Below are positions 1-11,217 of a stretch of DNA of 64,000 nucleotides, one piece after another; the first letter of the stretch is position 1; each line of letters starts with the position of its first letter. The notes beneath the pieces were generated by a model. It did no database searches. It saw only the letters and a program-made list of their open reading frames with translations, and was not told where the DNA came from. A program made the translations under genes and the position numbers. This DNA comes from an uncultured Clostridia bacterium. GTDB taxonomy: Bacteria > Bacillota > Clostridia > TANB77 > CAG-508. Location of the stretch: positions 100,718-164,717 of the forward strand of contig CAUWGC010000001.1 in NCBI GenBank assembly GCA_963558405.1, given 5' to 3'.

Positions 1-728
1 TAATAACAGAAAAATTGGCAAACTTATTAGATATTAATAAAGGTGATGCTATTTCTATAAAAAATAGTGACGATAAAATTGTACAGGTAACAGTTGGAGC
101 TATAACAGAAAATTATCTACTTCATTATGTATATATGTCACCAAAGTTGTATTATAATCTTTATGGTGAAAATGCAAGATATAACATGTTTTTAGGTAAA
201 ATAGATAATTTAACAAAACAAGAAGAAACAGAGTTAGCAAAAGAAATCTTGCAAAATAAAGATTCAGTATCAGGTGTTACTATTTTAAGTTCAACCAAAG
301 ATATTTTTAAAGAAATAATGGATAATATGGATTTGGTTGTTTGGATTTTAATTATAGCAGCAGGACTTTTAGCATTTACTGTATTATATAACCTATCTAA
401 CGTAAATATTAGTGAAAGAATTAGAGAACTGGCAACTATAAAAGTATTAGGCTTTTACGATAAAGAAGTATATAAATATGTAACACGAGAAACAATTATT
501 TTGACTTTAATAGGAATATTACTAGGCGTTGCTATGGGATATTTCTTAAGTATGTTTATTATAAAAACATGTGAACTAGATATGTTCATGTTTGATGTTA
601 GAATGAATTTAAGTACATACTTATATGGAATTGGTATTACATTTATATTTGCTACTGTTGTAAATATAGCAACATATTTTGCATTAAAGAAAATAGATAT
701 GATAGAATCATTAAAAAGTGTTGAATAA
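1..728 (+). CDS. ABC transporter permease (FtsX-like), 3' part; gene starts before the window
   Basis: Frame open from window start; C-terminal FtsX-type motif LYNLSNVNISERIRELATIKVLGF and TM helices. Confidence 0.85.
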   Translation, partial: ITEKLANLLDINKGDAISIKNSDDKIVQVTVGAITENYLLHYVYMSPKLYYNLYGENARYNMFLGKIDNLTKQEETELAKEILQNKDSVSGVTILSSTKDIFKEIMDNMDLVVWILIIAAGLLAFTVLYNLSNVNISERIRELATIKVLGFYDKEVYKYVTRETIILTLIGILLGVAMGYFLSMFIIKTCELDMFMFDVRMNLSTYLYGIGITFIFATVVNIATYFALKKIDMIESLKSVE

Positions 729-759
729 AAAAGAGGTAGAAATTTTTTCTACCTCTTTT
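729..759. terminator. Bidirectional intrinsic terminator
   Basis: AAAAGAGGTAGAAA-TT-TTTCTACCTCTTTT inverted repeat between convergent genes. Confidence 0.85.
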
Positions 760-1556
760 TAGGAATCTTTTTGCATTTTATAAGCAATTTTAAAACATAA
801 GATAAAAAGTATAAGACTAATAAAATGAGAAGTGGTAAATTTAAAACCAGGAAATAGAACAAGTGCAGATCCTATTACAAATCCTATAATAGAATAATGG
901 GTAGGGGCATAACTTTTTTCTAAAAGAAAATATATAAGTTTAAGAAATAATAAACCTCCTAAAAATAATCCTATACCCATAGGTAATAATATTGTAAAGT
1001 TTAAAGTAGAAATAGCACCTAAGTACATATCATATACACCTAAAATCATTAAAATAGCACTACTACTTATTCCTGGAACAACTACTCCTATTGACATTAA
1101 GAATCCAGAAAAACATAAAAAAACAAAACTAATATTTGAAGCAGTAAAAAAAGGAAGAGTTTGTTCTATAAAAATAAGAATAAGTGTAAATATAAGGCTA
1201 AATAGTAAATATAGAATATAATGCAATCTAAAACCACTCTTTTTATTTGCTTGCTTAAAAAGAACAGGTAAACTTCCTAATATAAGTCCTATAAAACAAT
1301 ATTTTGTTTGAATCTCATAATTTTTAAAAAAATAAATTAACAGATTACCAGATAATATAATTCCTATTAAGCAACCAAGAACAATAGGAAAGAAAAAACA
1401 AAAATTTTCTTTAGGATTTTTAAAAAAATTTAATACACGATTTATAAATGTTTCATAAAGTCCAAAAATAACTAATAAAACACCACTACTAATACCAGGT
1501 AAAATAGCACCAGCACCTAAAACAATACCTTTTATACAACTGGATAAAAAGTTCAA
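759..1556 (-). CDS. DUF368 family membrane protein
   Basis: Two PGISSG/PGISSS motifs, multi-pass hydrophobic profile, TTG start with AGGAG SD. Confidence 0.8.
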   Translation of the reverse strand: MNFLSSCIKGIVLGAGAILPGISSGVLLVIFGLYETFINRVLNFFKNPKENFCFFFPIVLGCLIGIILSGNLLIYFFKNYEIQTKYCFIGLILGSLPVLFKQANKKSGFRLHYILYLLFSLIFTLILIFIEQTLPFFTASNISFVFLCFSGFLMSIGVVVPGISSSAILMILGVYDMYLGAISTLNFTILLPMGIGLFLGGLLFLKLIYFLLEKSYAPTHYSIIGFVIGSALVLFPGFKFTTSHFISLILFILCFKIAYKMQKDS

Positions 1557-1664
1557 ATTTTATCTCCTTTCTATTATAAAACATATAATATAAATTATTT
1601 TTTATTTAATTTCTATTCAATAAAAGTTAAAATATGAAAACAACAAAATATTAATATTTTAGAG

Positions 1665-1697
1665 GTCATGCACTTTTGAAAAAATAAAACATATACT
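1665..1697 (+). promoter_or_regulatory. Putative sigma-E type promoter of sigK
   Basis: GTCATG...CATATACT resembles the mother-cell sigma-E -35/-10 consensus. Confidence 0.4.
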
Positions 1698-1730
1698 TTT
1701 TGTATAGTATTATGAAGCGGAGGTGCCTTT

Positions 1731-2435
1731 ATGTTTGCACTAGGAATTACTCTAACAGGTTTTTTAGCTTTTATAAAATCAGCTATTTTTGTGGTAGGAT
1801 ATATACAAAGTAGTAATCTATTTCCAGAGCCACTAACTGCAGAAGAAGAAAAAATATATTTAGAAAAATTGCAAAAGAGAGATGAAGAAGCTAGAAATAT
1901 ATTGATAGAAAGAAATCTAAGATTAGTAGCACATGTTTGTAAAAAATATAGTTCAACCAATATAGAACAAGATGACCTTATTTCTATAGGTACCATAGGG
2001 TTAATAAAGGGGATAAATAGTTTTGAACCATCAAAAAATGTAAGATTAGCAACATATGTATCACGTTGTATAGATAATGAAATATTAATGTTTTTACGTT
2101 CAAATAAAAAAACACAATCTGATGTTTATTTAAATGAACCAATAGGTAAAGACAAAGATGATAATGAAGTAACATTACAAGAAGTAATTGAAAATGATAA
2201 TAAAAGTATAGAAGATGAAGTTGATTTAAAATTTAAAGTGAGAAAGTTATATAAAAAGATAAAAGAAGTTTTAAAAGATAGAGAAAGAAAGATTATAGAA
2301 TTACGTTTTGGATTAGATGGTAATAAACCAAAAACGCAAAATCAGATAGCAGAGATGATGGGAATTTCTCGTAGCTATGTATCAAGAATAGAAACAAAAG
2401 CTATTGGAAAATTATCCAAGGAAATGGATGAATAA
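1731..2435 (+). CDS. sigK: Sporulation sigma factor pro-SigK (uninterrupted)
   Basis: Hydrophobic pro-peptide then VVGYIQSSNLFPEPL; LIERNLRLVAHV, DDLISIGTIGLIK, GISRSYVSRIE. Confidence 0.9.
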   Translation: MFALGITLTGFLAFIKSAIFVVGYIQSSNLFPEPLTAEEEKIYLEKLQKRDEEARNILIERNLRLVAHVCKKYSSTNIEQDDLISIGTIGLIKGINSFEPSKNVRLATYVSRCIDNEILMFLRSNKKTQSDVYLNEPIGKDKDDNEVTLQEVIENDNKSIEDEVDLKFKVRKLYKKIKEVLKDRERKIIELRFGLDGNKPKTQNQIAEMMGISRSYVSRIETKAIGKLSKEMDE

Positions 2436-2436
2436 T

Positions 2437-2463
2437 AAAAGAGGTGGCAATCCCACCTCTTTG
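2437..2463. terminator. Intrinsic terminator after sigK
   Basis: AAAGAGGTGG-CAATC-CCACCTCTTT. Confidence 0.8.
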
Positions 2464-2466
2464 TCA

Positions 2467-2808
2467 TTATGAATTTTGTTCACCTGAAATGATAAATTCA
2501 TTAAGCAACTTTAGTGTATCTTCCAATCCTTTGACGAATACTTTGTATTCAGCGATAGTAAAATCATCTGAAATGCTAAGTTCATTAATTAAATTTACGG
2601 TATCTTCTAATCTATCGATGAATGATTTAGATTCATCGATAGTTGAATCACCATGTGGATATAATTGTCTTAATGAACTGTTTAATCCCTGGACGTAAGC
2701 TCCTCTTTCGGATGGTGTTAAGTCTTTAAAAAAAAGTGCGTCATACATTAGTTGGTTGTGTTTCCGCATAAACTGTTGTGAATTCAAAATTTCAATAATG
2801 CTCATCAA
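2467..2808 (-). CDS. Hypothetical protein
   Basis: 113-aa ORF with AAGGAG SD; no recognisable motif. Confidence 0.55.
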   Translation of the reverse strand: MMSIIEILNSQQFMRKHNQLMYDALFFKDLTPSERGAYVQGLNSSLRQLYPHGDSTIDESKSFIDRLEDTVNLINELSISDDFTIAEYKVFVKGLEDTLKLLNEFIISGEQNS

Positions 2809-3009
2809 TTTCGTCTCCTTTAAATTAAATTGTTAGTAAAATTCTATATCTGCCTAAACAAAGAGACACAAAAATAGAATAAATATATTATAGCACAAAT
2901 TGTAAGAAAAATCAATGGTTAACATAATACTTTAAAATCGAAAACAGAGATTAACATACTTTACATGAAAGATAAATATGTTATAATAAACAAAAAAGGG
3001 ATGATTAAA

Positions 3010-3411
3010 ATGAATGATGAATATAAAAATTTAGAAGAATTTTTGTATGATTTAAGACATAAAAAAGAATGGAGTTATGAAAAATTGGCAGAAAAATTTA
3101 ATTCAGATAAAATACTTCCAGTAACAGTAAAAAAATGGGAAAAAGGATTAAAGTACCCAGATATAAATGAAATCTATAAACTTGCAGAAATTTATGAAGA
3201 AGATCCTAGCAAAATACTATATTATAAGCAATTATCATTAAAAAGTGGAATGAATAGTATCCATGTAATAGTTATAAAATGGATAAGCTTTATTTTAAAT
3301 GTTTCTTTTATAACTGCTACATGGATTTGTATTTCGATATTTGTATTTGCAACAATATATGCTTTTTATGTAATATATAGTGCAGGGCAAATGGCAAAAA
3401 ATGTAATGTGA
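3010..3411 (+). CDS. XRE-family HTH protein with C-terminal TM segment
   Basis: LRHKKEWSYEKLAEK...VKKWEKG..YPD HTH_3 pattern; start placed at ATG 3010 (ORF track gives 2965). Confidence 0.7.
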   Translation: MNDEYKNLEEFLYDLRHKKEWSYEKLAEKFNSDKILPVTVKKWEKGLKYPDINEIYKLAEIYEEDPSKILYYKQLSLKSGMNSIHVIVIKWISFILNVSFITATWICISIFVFATIYAFYVIYSAGQMAKNVM

Positions 3412-3614
3412 GATTATATTAAGTATATAAATTTAGAAGTTCATTTTTTATATAATATACTATTAATAAGGTTTTTTTGGCAATTTCATAAATACACTTG
3501 ACAGTTTACGATAATAAAGCTAAAATAAAATAGTAAGCTAAAATATATTCTAAAAAAATTAGTTATATATATTTATCTGTACATTGAAAATTAAATAGAA
3601 AGGATGAGAATTTC

Positions 3615-5156
3615 ATGGAAATTATGATTGGAATCATTACTTTCTTAATCTCTGCTGTGATTTTTATACCAATAGGTATGATTGTTAGAAAAAAAATCGC
3701 AGAATCTAAAATACAAGGAGCAGAAGTAGAAGCAAAAAAATTAATAGAAATGGCTAAAATAGAAGCTGAGAATAAGAAAAAAGAGGAAATATTCAAAGCA
3801 AAAGAAGAAATTATGAATGCAAGAGGAGAGTTAGATAAAGAGATTAAAGAAAGAAGAAATGAAGTACAAAGTCAAGAAAGAAGAATAATTCAAAAAGAAG
3901 AAAATTTAGAAAGACGTTCTGAAACTTTTGAAAGAAAAGAAAAAGAGTTAGAAAGGAAAAATCAAGAAGCAGACAAAAAAAATGCAGAATTAACTGAAAT
4001 ACTTGATAAACAAATGTCTGAACTTCAAAGAATTTCTAAATTATCTATTGAAGAAGCAAAAAAACAATTATTAAGCGAACTAGAAAAACAAATTACTGCA
4101 GAAAAGGCTACATTAATTAAAGAAATGAATCAAAAGGCAAAAGAAGAGGCTGATAAAAATGCTAAAGAATTAATCAGTTATGCAATACAAAAGTGTGCAG
4201 CTGACCATACTTCAGAAACAACGGTCTCAATAGTAAATCTTCCAAGTGATGATATGAAAGGAAGAATTATAGGACGTGAAGGAAGAAATATAAAAGCTTT
4301 AGAAACTTTAACTGGAATAGATTTAATTATTGATGATACTCCAGAAGCTGTAGTTATTTCAGGATTTGATCCACTAAGAAGAGAAGTTGCAAAAATTGCT
4401 CTAGAAAAATTAATAAATGATGGTAGAATTCATCCAGCAAAAATAGAAGAAATGGTTGAAAAGGCAAAAGAAGAAGTTGAGCAAACCATTAAAGAAGAAG
4501 GCGAAAGAGCTGTTTTGGAAACAGGAGTTATTGGACTTCATCCAGATTTAATAAAATTAATTGGAAAATTAAAATACAGAACAAGTTATGGACAAAATGT
4601 ATTAAATCATTCTATTGAAGTATCAAACTTAGCAAGAATAATGGCAGAAGAATTAGGTATTGATCCTAAAATAGCAAGAAGAGCAGGATTATTACATGAT
4701 ATAGGAAAAGCTTTAGATCATGACATGGAAGGTACACACGTAGAAATTGGTGTAGATATTCTAAAAAAATATAAAGAAAATGACCTTGTAATTAATGCTG
4801 TAGAAGCACATCATGGAGATGTAGAACCAAAAACTATAGAAGCTATTTTGGTACAAGCAGCAGATGCTATTTCAGCATCTAGACCAGGTGCTAGAAGAGA
4901 AACTTTGGAAGCATACATTAAAAGATTAGAACAATTAGAAGAAATAGCAGATTCTTTTGAAGGAGTAGAAAAATCTTTTGCAATACAAGCAGGAAGAGAA
5001 ATAAGGATTGTTGTTAAGCCAGAAAAAATATCTGATAATGATATGACTTTGATGGCTAGAAACATTGCAAAAAAAGTAGAAGATGAAATGGATTATCCAG
5101 GACAAATTAAAGTTAATGTTATTAGAGAATCAAGAGCAATTGAATATGCAAAATAA
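3615..5156 (+). CDS. rny: Ribonuclease Y
   Basis: N-terminal TM, coiled coil, KH motif [14 protein letters not shown] motif LLHDIGK. Confidence 0.97.
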   Translation: MEIMIGIITFLISAVIFIPIGMIVRKKIAESKIQGAEVEAKKLIEMAKIEAENKKKEEIFKAKEEIMNARGELDKEIKERRNEVQSQERRIIQKEENLERRSETFERKEKELERKNQEADKKNAELTEILDKQMSELQRISKLSIEEAKKQLLSELEKQITAEKATLIKEMNQKAKEEADKNAKELISYAIQKCAADHTSETTVSIVNLPSDDMKGRIIGREGRNIKALETLTGIDLIIDDTPEAVVISGFDPLRREVAKIALEKLINDGRIHPAKIEEMVEKAKEEVEQTIKEEGERAVLETGVIGLHPDLIKLIGKLKYRTSYGQNVLNHSIEVSNLARIMAEELGIDPKIARRAGLLHDIGKALDHDMEGTHVEIGVDILKKYKENDLVINAVEAHHGDVEPKTIEAILVQAADAISASRPGARRETLEAYIKRLEQLEEIADSFEGVEKSFAIQAGREIRIVVKPEKISDNDMTLMARNIAKKVEDEMDYPGQIKVNVIRESRAIEYAK

Positions 5157-5302
5157 TCTAATTACATAAACGTATATAAAATAAAAGAGCTTTTAATGAT
5201 TTAAAAGTTCTTTTATTTTTGTAATATGTTTGTGAAAAGTATTTCAAAATTAAAATAAATAATATATAATAATAAAAATAAAAATTGAAAGGAAATGAAA
5301 TA

Positions 5303-6076
5303 ATGAAAATATTAGCAGTAGGAGATATAGTAGGTGATACAGGATATCAAAAGTTAAAAAAAATATTACCTAAAATAAAGGAAGAACAAAAAATAGATTT
5401 TACTATTGTAAATGGAGAAAATGTAGCAGGTGGTATGGGAATTACTAAAAAACATTTAGATGGAATGTTAGAAACAGGTGCAGATGTTATAACAATGGGA
5501 AATCACACTTGGGCAAAAAGAGACATTTTTAATTTTATTAATAATCCAAAATTACTAAGACCAGCTAATTATTCTAAAGGAATTCCTGGAAAAGGATATG
5601 GAATATATGATTGTAAAGGGAAAAAGATTCTAGTAATAAACTTATTAGGAAGAACAGAAATGAATGTTTTATCAGAAAATCCTTTTATTGTTGCAGATAA
5701 TTTAATACAAACTTTAAAATCAAAAGTAGATTATGTAATAATAGATTTCCATGCAGAAGCAACAGCAGAAAAAATTGCAATGGGTTATTATTTAGATGGA
5801 AAAGCAAACATAATATTTGGGACACATACACATGTACAAACTGCAGATGAGACTATTTTACCAAAAGGAACAGCATACATTTCAGATATTGGAATGACAG
5901 GACCTGCTTGTTCTGTTATAGGAATGGATGTTAATACTTCTATAAAACGTTTTGTTACTTCTTTACCAGAAAAATATAAAATAGCAGAAGGAGAAGCTAT
6001 ATTTAATGGATGTATTTTTGAAATAAATGACGAAACAGGAAAAATAATAAATATACAAAGATTAAATGAACGATAA
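5303..6076 (+). CDS. ymdB: YmdB-family metallophosphoesterase
   Basis: GDIVG, NGEN, TMGNH, DFHAEATAEK, GTHTHVQTAD; rny-ymdB-spoVS synteny. Confidence 0.93.
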   Translation: MKILAVGDIVGDTGYQKLKKILPKIKEEQKIDFTIVNGENVAGGMGITKKHLDGMLETGADVITMGNHTWAKRDIFNFINNPKLLRPANYSKGIPGKGYGIYDCKGKKILVINLLGRTEMNVLSENPFIVADNLIQTLKSKVDYVIIDFHAEATAEKIAMGYYLDGKANIIFGTHTHVQTADETILPKGTAYISDIGMTGPACSVIGMDVNTSIKRFVTSLPEKYKIAEGEAIFNGCIFEINDETGKIINIQRLNER

Positions 6077-6212
6077 ATGCCGAAAAATAAGAAAATATGA
6101 CGAAAAGTTTTTCCTTTTTTTACCAAAAAACTATAGACTTTTTTATAAAAATATAATATAACTATACCTGTCAGTAATTGAAACAAAATTAAAATTTTAG
6201 GAGGCAGAAAAA

Positions 6213-6476
6213 ATGGAAGTTTTAAAAATTTCATCAAAATCAAACCCAAATTCAGTAGCAGGAGCAATTGCAGGTTTAGTAAAAGAGGCTGATAGAGCAG
6301 AAATGCAAGCTATTGGAGCAGGAGCATTAAATCAAGCGGTAAAGGCAGTAGCAATAGCAAGAGGATTTGTAGCACCAGCAGGAGTAGATTTAGTTTGTAT
6401 TCCAGCTTTTGCAGAGGTTTCAGTAGAAGGGGAAGACCGTACAGGAATTAAACTTATTGTAGAATCTAGAAAATAA
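6213..6476 (+). CDS. spoVS: Stage V sporulation protein S
   Basis: MEVLKISSKSNPNSVAGAIAG...AIGAGALNQAVKAVAIARG. Confidence 0.97.
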   Translation: MEVLKISSKSNPNSVAGAIAGLVKEADRAEMQAIGAGALNQAVKAVAIARGFVAPAGVDLVCIPAFAEVSVEGEDRTGIKLIVESRK

Positions 6477-6664
6477 GAATGGCATATAGGAGCTAGTTAG
6501 CAAGTTTAATAAAATGCAATAGAAAATATAGGGGGAAAGTTAAATACTTTTGCCCTTTTTTATTGTATAAAATTATGTATAAGATTAAATTACTTTTTTA
6601 AAAATTCACTTGAAAAAAATATTATTTTCTTGTATGATAAAAAACGGATAGGGAGAGATGTAAT

Positions 6665-8254
6665 TTGAAAAGAAATATAATGAATTGTTTATTTTTTTTC
6701 TTAATTTTAGTTTTAGTAATTGTTGGAATTATATATGTATATTCCAATAAAAAAGAAAAAGAAAATGAATTTAATGAAAGTAATAATAAACAACAAGAAA
6801 CTGAAATATTAAAAGATATACGTTTAGGAATAGCAGAATATGATACAATAAATCCAATATTAAGTAAAAATAAAAATGTGCAAAATATATCAAAACTTAT
6901 TTTTGAACCATTACTTAGTATTAATAAAGATTATAAAGTGGAATGCTGTTTAGCAAAAGAATGGTCAAAAACAAATGAAACAACTTATGTATTAAAATTA
7001 AGAGAAAATGTTTTATGGCAAGATGGTACAGAGTTTATAGCATCAGATGTAAAATTTACTATAGAACAATTAAAGCAAATAGATTCCATATATAGTTCAT
7101 CAGTGAAGGATATAACAGATGTAGAAGTAATAGATTCAAAGACAGTAAAAATTAATTTAGCAAAAGAGATTCCTTTTTTTGAATATTATTTAACATTTCC
7201 AATTATTAGCCAAAGAAATTATTATGGCGAAGATTTAAAAACTAGTAGTCAAATACCTTTAGGAACAGGAATGTATAAAATTAAAGAAATTACTGATACA
7301 AATATTTTACTAGAAAAATATTCTAAATATTGGGCAAAAGAAGAAAAAAATAACAAAATAGAATCTATTGTAATTCATAGATATGATAAAGTAGGAGAAT
7401 TATATAATGATTTTAAATTAGGAAATATTGATTTAGTACATACTGATTCAGATGTATTAGAAGATTATATAGGTACACTTGGATACAATACAAAAAATAC
7501 TAAAGGTAGAGAAATGGATTTTATTTCTATAAATTGCCAAAATGAAATTTTATCAAGAAAAGAAGTAAGACAAGCTATTCAATATGCAATTGATAAAGAA
7601 GGTATTGTAAATAATATTTTTAAAGGAAAATATTATGCTTCAAATTTTCCTTTAGACTTTGGAAATTATTTATATAAAGAAGAAAATAGTAATTTATATA
7701 ATACAGATAAAACAAAACAAATATTACAGGAAAATGGATGGAATTTAAAATCAAATATTTGGCAAAAAAGAGAAAATTATAAAAATTATAAGTTATCATT
7801 TACATTAACAGTATTAGAAACTAATCAAAAAAGGCTGGAAGTAGCTGAAAACATAAAAAATTCTTTAGAACAATTAGGATTTAAAATAACAATAAGAAAG
7901 GTTTCACAAGAAGAGTATCAAAAAACAATAGAAACAAAAAATTATGAATTATTGTTAACAGGAATATATAATTCTTTTAGTCCAGATTTAACATATTTTT
8001 TTGGCGAAAATAATATAGCTAACTATTATAACGAAACAGCAGTACAAATTTTAAAAGAAATAAATTCAATTACAGACGAAATTTTATTACAACAAAAAAT
8101 AAATGAATTATATAAAATTTATCAAGAGGAAGTACCTTATATTAATTTATATAGAAACAGGGAAACAACAGCCTATAGTCAAAAATTAACTGGAAATATA
8201 GAAGCAAATTGTTATAATATTTTTTATAATATTGAAGACTGGTATAGACAGTAA
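6665..8254 (+). CDS. Peptide ABC transporter substrate-binding protein (family 5)
   Basis: N-terminal anchor; LRENVLWQDGTEFIASDVKFT, GTGMYKI, VRQAIQYAIDK. Confidence 0.85.
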   Translation: MKRNIMNCLFFFLILVLVIVGIIYVYSNKKEKENEFNESNNKQQETEILKDIRLGIAEYDTINPILSKNKNVQNISKLIFEPLLSINKDYKVECCLAKEWSKTNETTYVLKLRENVLWQDGTEFIASDVKFTIEQLKQIDSIYSSSVKDITDVEVIDSKTVKINLAKEIPFFEYYLTFPIISQRNYYGEDLKTSSQIPLGTGMYKIKEITDTNILLEKYSKYWAKEEKNNKIESIVIHRYDKVGELYNDFKLGNIDLVHTDSDVLEDYIGTLGYNTKNTKGREMDFISINCQNEILSRKEVRQAIQYAIDKEGIVNNIFKGKYYASNFPLDFGNYLYKEENSNLYNTDKTKQILQENGWNLKSNIWQKRENYKNYKLSFTLTVLETNQKRLEVAENIKNSLEQLGFKITIRKVSQEEYQKTIETKNYELLLTGIYNSFSPDLTYFFGENNIANYYNETAVQILKEINSITDEILLQQKINELYKIYQEEVPYINLYRNRETTAYSQKLTGNIEANCYNIFYNIEDWYRQ

Positions 8255-8295
8255 AATATAAAATAAAAAAAGTTAATAAGAAAGAATAAAAACTA

Positions 8296-8342
8296 TTGAC
8301 AAATAAAATTTTTAAGATATAATAATAACAAACATACGTTTG
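8296..8342 (+). promoter_or_regulatory. recA sigma-A promoter with SOS-box-like palindrome
   Basis: TTGACA (8296) - 16 nt - TATAAT (8318), then CAAAC-ATAC-GTTTG (8329-8342), a variant of the Gram-positive GAAC-N4-GTTC LexA box. Confidence 0.65.
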
Positions 8343-8358
8343 AATAGGAGGAAAAAAC

Positions 8359-9411
8359 ATGGGTGATATAAACCAAGAAAAAAGAAAGGCTTTAGAAGTA
8401 GCAATGAGTCAAATTGAGAAACAATTCGGAAAGGGTTCTGTTATGAAATTGGGAGAGTTTTCAACTATGAATGTAGAAGCTATTCCAACAGGAGCTTTAG
8501 GATTAGATATAGCTTTAGGAATTGGAGGAATTCCTAGAGGAAGAATTATAGAAATATTTGGACCAGAATCTTCAGGAAAAACTACATTAGCATTACATGT
8601 AATTGCAGAGGCACAAAAAATGGGAGGAGAAGCAGCTTTTATAGATGCAGAACATGCACTAGATCCTGTTTATGCAAAACATTTAGGTGTAAATATAGAT
8701 GATTTAATTGTATCTCAACCAGATACAGGTGAACAAGCATTAGAAATAGCAGAAGCTTTAGTAAGAAGTGGAGCATTAGATGTTATTGTAGTAGACTCTG
8801 TAGCAGCACTAGTACCAAAAGCAGAAATTGATGGGGAAATGGGAGATTCTCATATAGGACTTCAAGCTAGACTTATGTCACAAGCATTAAGAAAACTAGC
8901 AGGAGCTATTAATAAATCAAAAGCAGTTATTATTTTTATAAATCAGTTAAGAGAAAAAGTAGGTGTTATGTTTGGAAATCCAGAAACAACACCAGGAGGA
9001 AGAGCATTAAAATTCTATTCTTCAGTTAGATTAGATATTAGAAAAATAGAAAATATTAAACAAGATGGAGAAGTAACTGGTAATAGAGTAAGAGTAAAAA
9101 TTGTAAAAAATAAAGTGGCTCCACCATTTAGAGAGGCAGAATTTGATATTGTGTACGGTAAAGGAATTTCAAAAGAAGGTAATGTTTTAGATTTAGCTGT
9201 TAGCTTAGATATTATTGAAAAAAGTGGTTCATGGTTTAGTTATAATGGTGAGAGAATTGGACAAGGTAGAGAAAATGTAAAAAAATATTTAGCAGATAAT
9301 CCTAAAATATTAGAAGAAGTAGAAAAGAAAGTTAGAGAAAATACACAAAAAGCATTTGAACAAAGTTTAAATGAAGATGATATGGAAGAAAAAGAAGAAA
9401 TTGAAGAGTAG
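8359..9411 (+). CDS. recA: Recombinase A
   Basis: [38 protein letters not shown]. Confidence 0.99.
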   Translation: MGDINQEKRKALEVAMSQIEKQFGKGSVMKLGEFSTMNVEAIPTGALGLDIALGIGGIPRGRIIEIFGPESSGKTTLALHVIAEAQKMGGEAAFIDAEHALDPVYAKHLGVNIDDLIVSQPDTGEQALEIAEALVRSGALDVIVVDSVAALVPKAEIDGEMGDSHIGLQARLMSQALRKLAGAINKSKAVIIFINQLREKVGVMFGNPETTPGGRALKFYSSVRLDIRKIENIKQDGEVTGNRVRVKIVKNKVAPPFREAEFDIVYGKGISKEGNVLDLAVSLDIIEKSGSWFSYNGERIGQGRENVKKYLADNPKILEEVEKKVRENTQKAFEQSLNEDDMEEKEEIEE

Positions 9412-9422
9412 GAAGGTATAAA

Positions 9423-9881
9423 ATGTATACCGTTGAAGAATTTGACAAAGAAAAAACAAAAATAGTAAAATATATTGTATATAAAAAAAGAACAGAAAAA
9501 GAAGTATACAATAAATTTAATAATATAATTGAAGATACTTTATTAAGAGATATTATAGAATACTTAAAAGAAAATGGTTATATTAATGACAGTGAGTATA
9601 TTGAAAAAGCTATTAAAGAGTATATGATATTAAAAAACATGTCTAAAAAAGAAATTGAATATAAGTTATATTCAAAAGGATTATCAAAAAGCACAGTAGA
9701 AGAGTATTTCAATTCAAATAAAGAGGAGTTAGATGAATATGAAAAAAATTCGGCTAAAAGGATAATATCTAAAAAAATAAAAGACATGGATATACAAAAT
9801 ATAAAACAATATTTAACCAAAAAAGGATATTCTAGTAAGAGCATAAAAGAAGCAATATTAGAATTAGAAAACGAGGAGTAG
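9423..9881 (+). CDS. recX: Regulatory protein RecX
   Basis: Directly after recA; RTEKEV, LKENGYIND, YLTKKGY. Confidence 0.85.
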   Translation: MYTVEEFDKEKTKIVKYIVYKKRTEKEVYNKFNNIIEDTLLRDIIEYLKENGYINDSEYIEKAIKEYMILKNMSKKEIEYKLYSKGLSKSTVEEYFNSNKEELDEYEKNSAKRIISKKIKDMDIQNIKQYLTKKGYSSKSIKEAILELENEE

Positions 9882-9885
9882 AATT

Positions 9886-10635
9886 ATGGCATTACTTGCA
9901 TTAGAAACAAATAAATATGCAATAAAAATAGAAAATTTTGAAGGACCATTAGATTTGTTATGTCATTTGATAGAAAAAAATAAAATGAACATATTTGATA
10001 TAAAAATAAGTGAAATAACAGATCAGTATTTAGATTATATAAAACAAATGGAAAAATTAAATTTAGAAATTGCAAGTGAATTTATAATAATGGCTTCTAC
10101 TCTTTTGTATTTAAAATCTAAAACTCTTCTTCCAACAGAAGTAGAAGATGAAAAAGAAATATCAGAAGAAGAATTAATAAGAAGAATTATAGAATATAAA
10201 AAATATAAAGAGATAACTAAAATAATGAAAGAAAACTATGAAATATATTCAAAAAGATTTTTTAAAGTAGAAGAAACAATCAAACTTCCTAAGCAACAAC
10301 TAGAAAAAAATTATGAATCTTCTATCATTCCAGAGATTTATATGCAAGTGTTAAGAAAAAATGAAGAAAAAATAAATATAAATGCTAAAAATATAGAAAA
10401 AATAGCAATAGTAGAAACATATACTGTGGCTAGTAAAGTAAAAGAAATATTTAAAGAACTTGTAAAAAAACCTAGATTTATATTTAATAAGTTATTTTCT
10501 TTAAATAAATGTAATAAACAAGAACTAATAACAGCCTTTTCAGGATTGTTAGAATTAACACGTAGAAATAAGGTTACAACTATACAAGAAGAATTATTTG
10601 GAGATATAATAGTAGAAAAAACAAAGAAGACATAA
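9886..10635 (+). CDS. scpA: Segregation and condensation protein A
   Basis: FEGPLDLLCHLI, ASEFIIMASTLLYLKSK, QEELFGDI. Confidence 0.93.
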   Translation: MALLALETNKYAIKIENFEGPLDLLCHLIEKNKMNIFDIKISEITDQYLDYIKQMEKLNLEIASEFIIMASTLLYLKSKTLLPTEVEDEKEISEEELIRRIIEYKKYKEITKIMKENYEIYSKRFFKVEETIKLPKQQLEKNYESSIIPEIYMQVLRKNEEKININAKNIEKIAIVETYTVASKVKEIFKELVKKPRFIFNKLFSLNKCNKQELITAFSGLLELTRRNKVTTIQEELFGDIIVEKTKKT

Positions 10636-10711
10636 AATTAGATAATTTTTATTAAAAATGTTGTAAAAAAATAAATAAATTGATATACTTATAATATATA
10701 AAAAAGGAGGA

Positions 10712-11149
10712 ATGGAAATGGAAGAAAATAAAGAACAAAATATTGAAAATCAAGAAATAGAAGTAGAGGCAAACGGAAATAATGGAATTAAAATAGCAGA
10801 TGATGTAGTTGCAGTTATAGCAGGAGTTGCAGCTTCAGAAGTACCTGGAGTTTATAGCATGTCAGGTGGATTTGCAGGAGGAATTTCAGAAGTATTAAGC
10901 GGAAAGAAAAATTTAGCAAAAGGAATTAAAGTTGAAGCTGGAGAAAAAGAAGCTAAAATAGATGTTAATATTATAGTTGAATATGGAACAAGAATTCCAG
11001 ATGTTGCTTTTGAAATCCAAAACAGAGTAAAAAAAGCAGTAGAATCTATGACAGGATTAAAAGTAATTGAAGTAAATGTTCATGTTCAAGGTGTTAATAC
11101 AGAAATGATGAATGAAGAAGAAAAAAAATCAGATGAAAAAACAGAATAA
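10712..11149 (+). CDS. Asp23/Gls24 family protein
   Basis: IADDVVAVIAGVAA, IIVEYG, VKKAVESMTGL.V..VNVHV. Confidence 0.92.
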   Translation: MEMEENKEQNIENQEIEVEANGNNGIKIADDVVAVIAGVAASEVPGVYSMSGGFAGGISEVLSGKKNLAKGIKVEAGEKEAKIDVNIIVEYGTRIPDVAFEIQNRVKKAVESMTGLKVIEVNVHVQGVNTEMMNEEEKKSDEKTE

Positions 11150-11217
11150 GAATAAAATTATAGGGCACTCTTCTTTAATTGTGCCCTATTAAATTGTTAA
11201 AATATGGAGGAAAATAA

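Noticed and set aside
1731-2435. skin-like element interrupting sigK
   Set aside because: sigK is continuous and full length.
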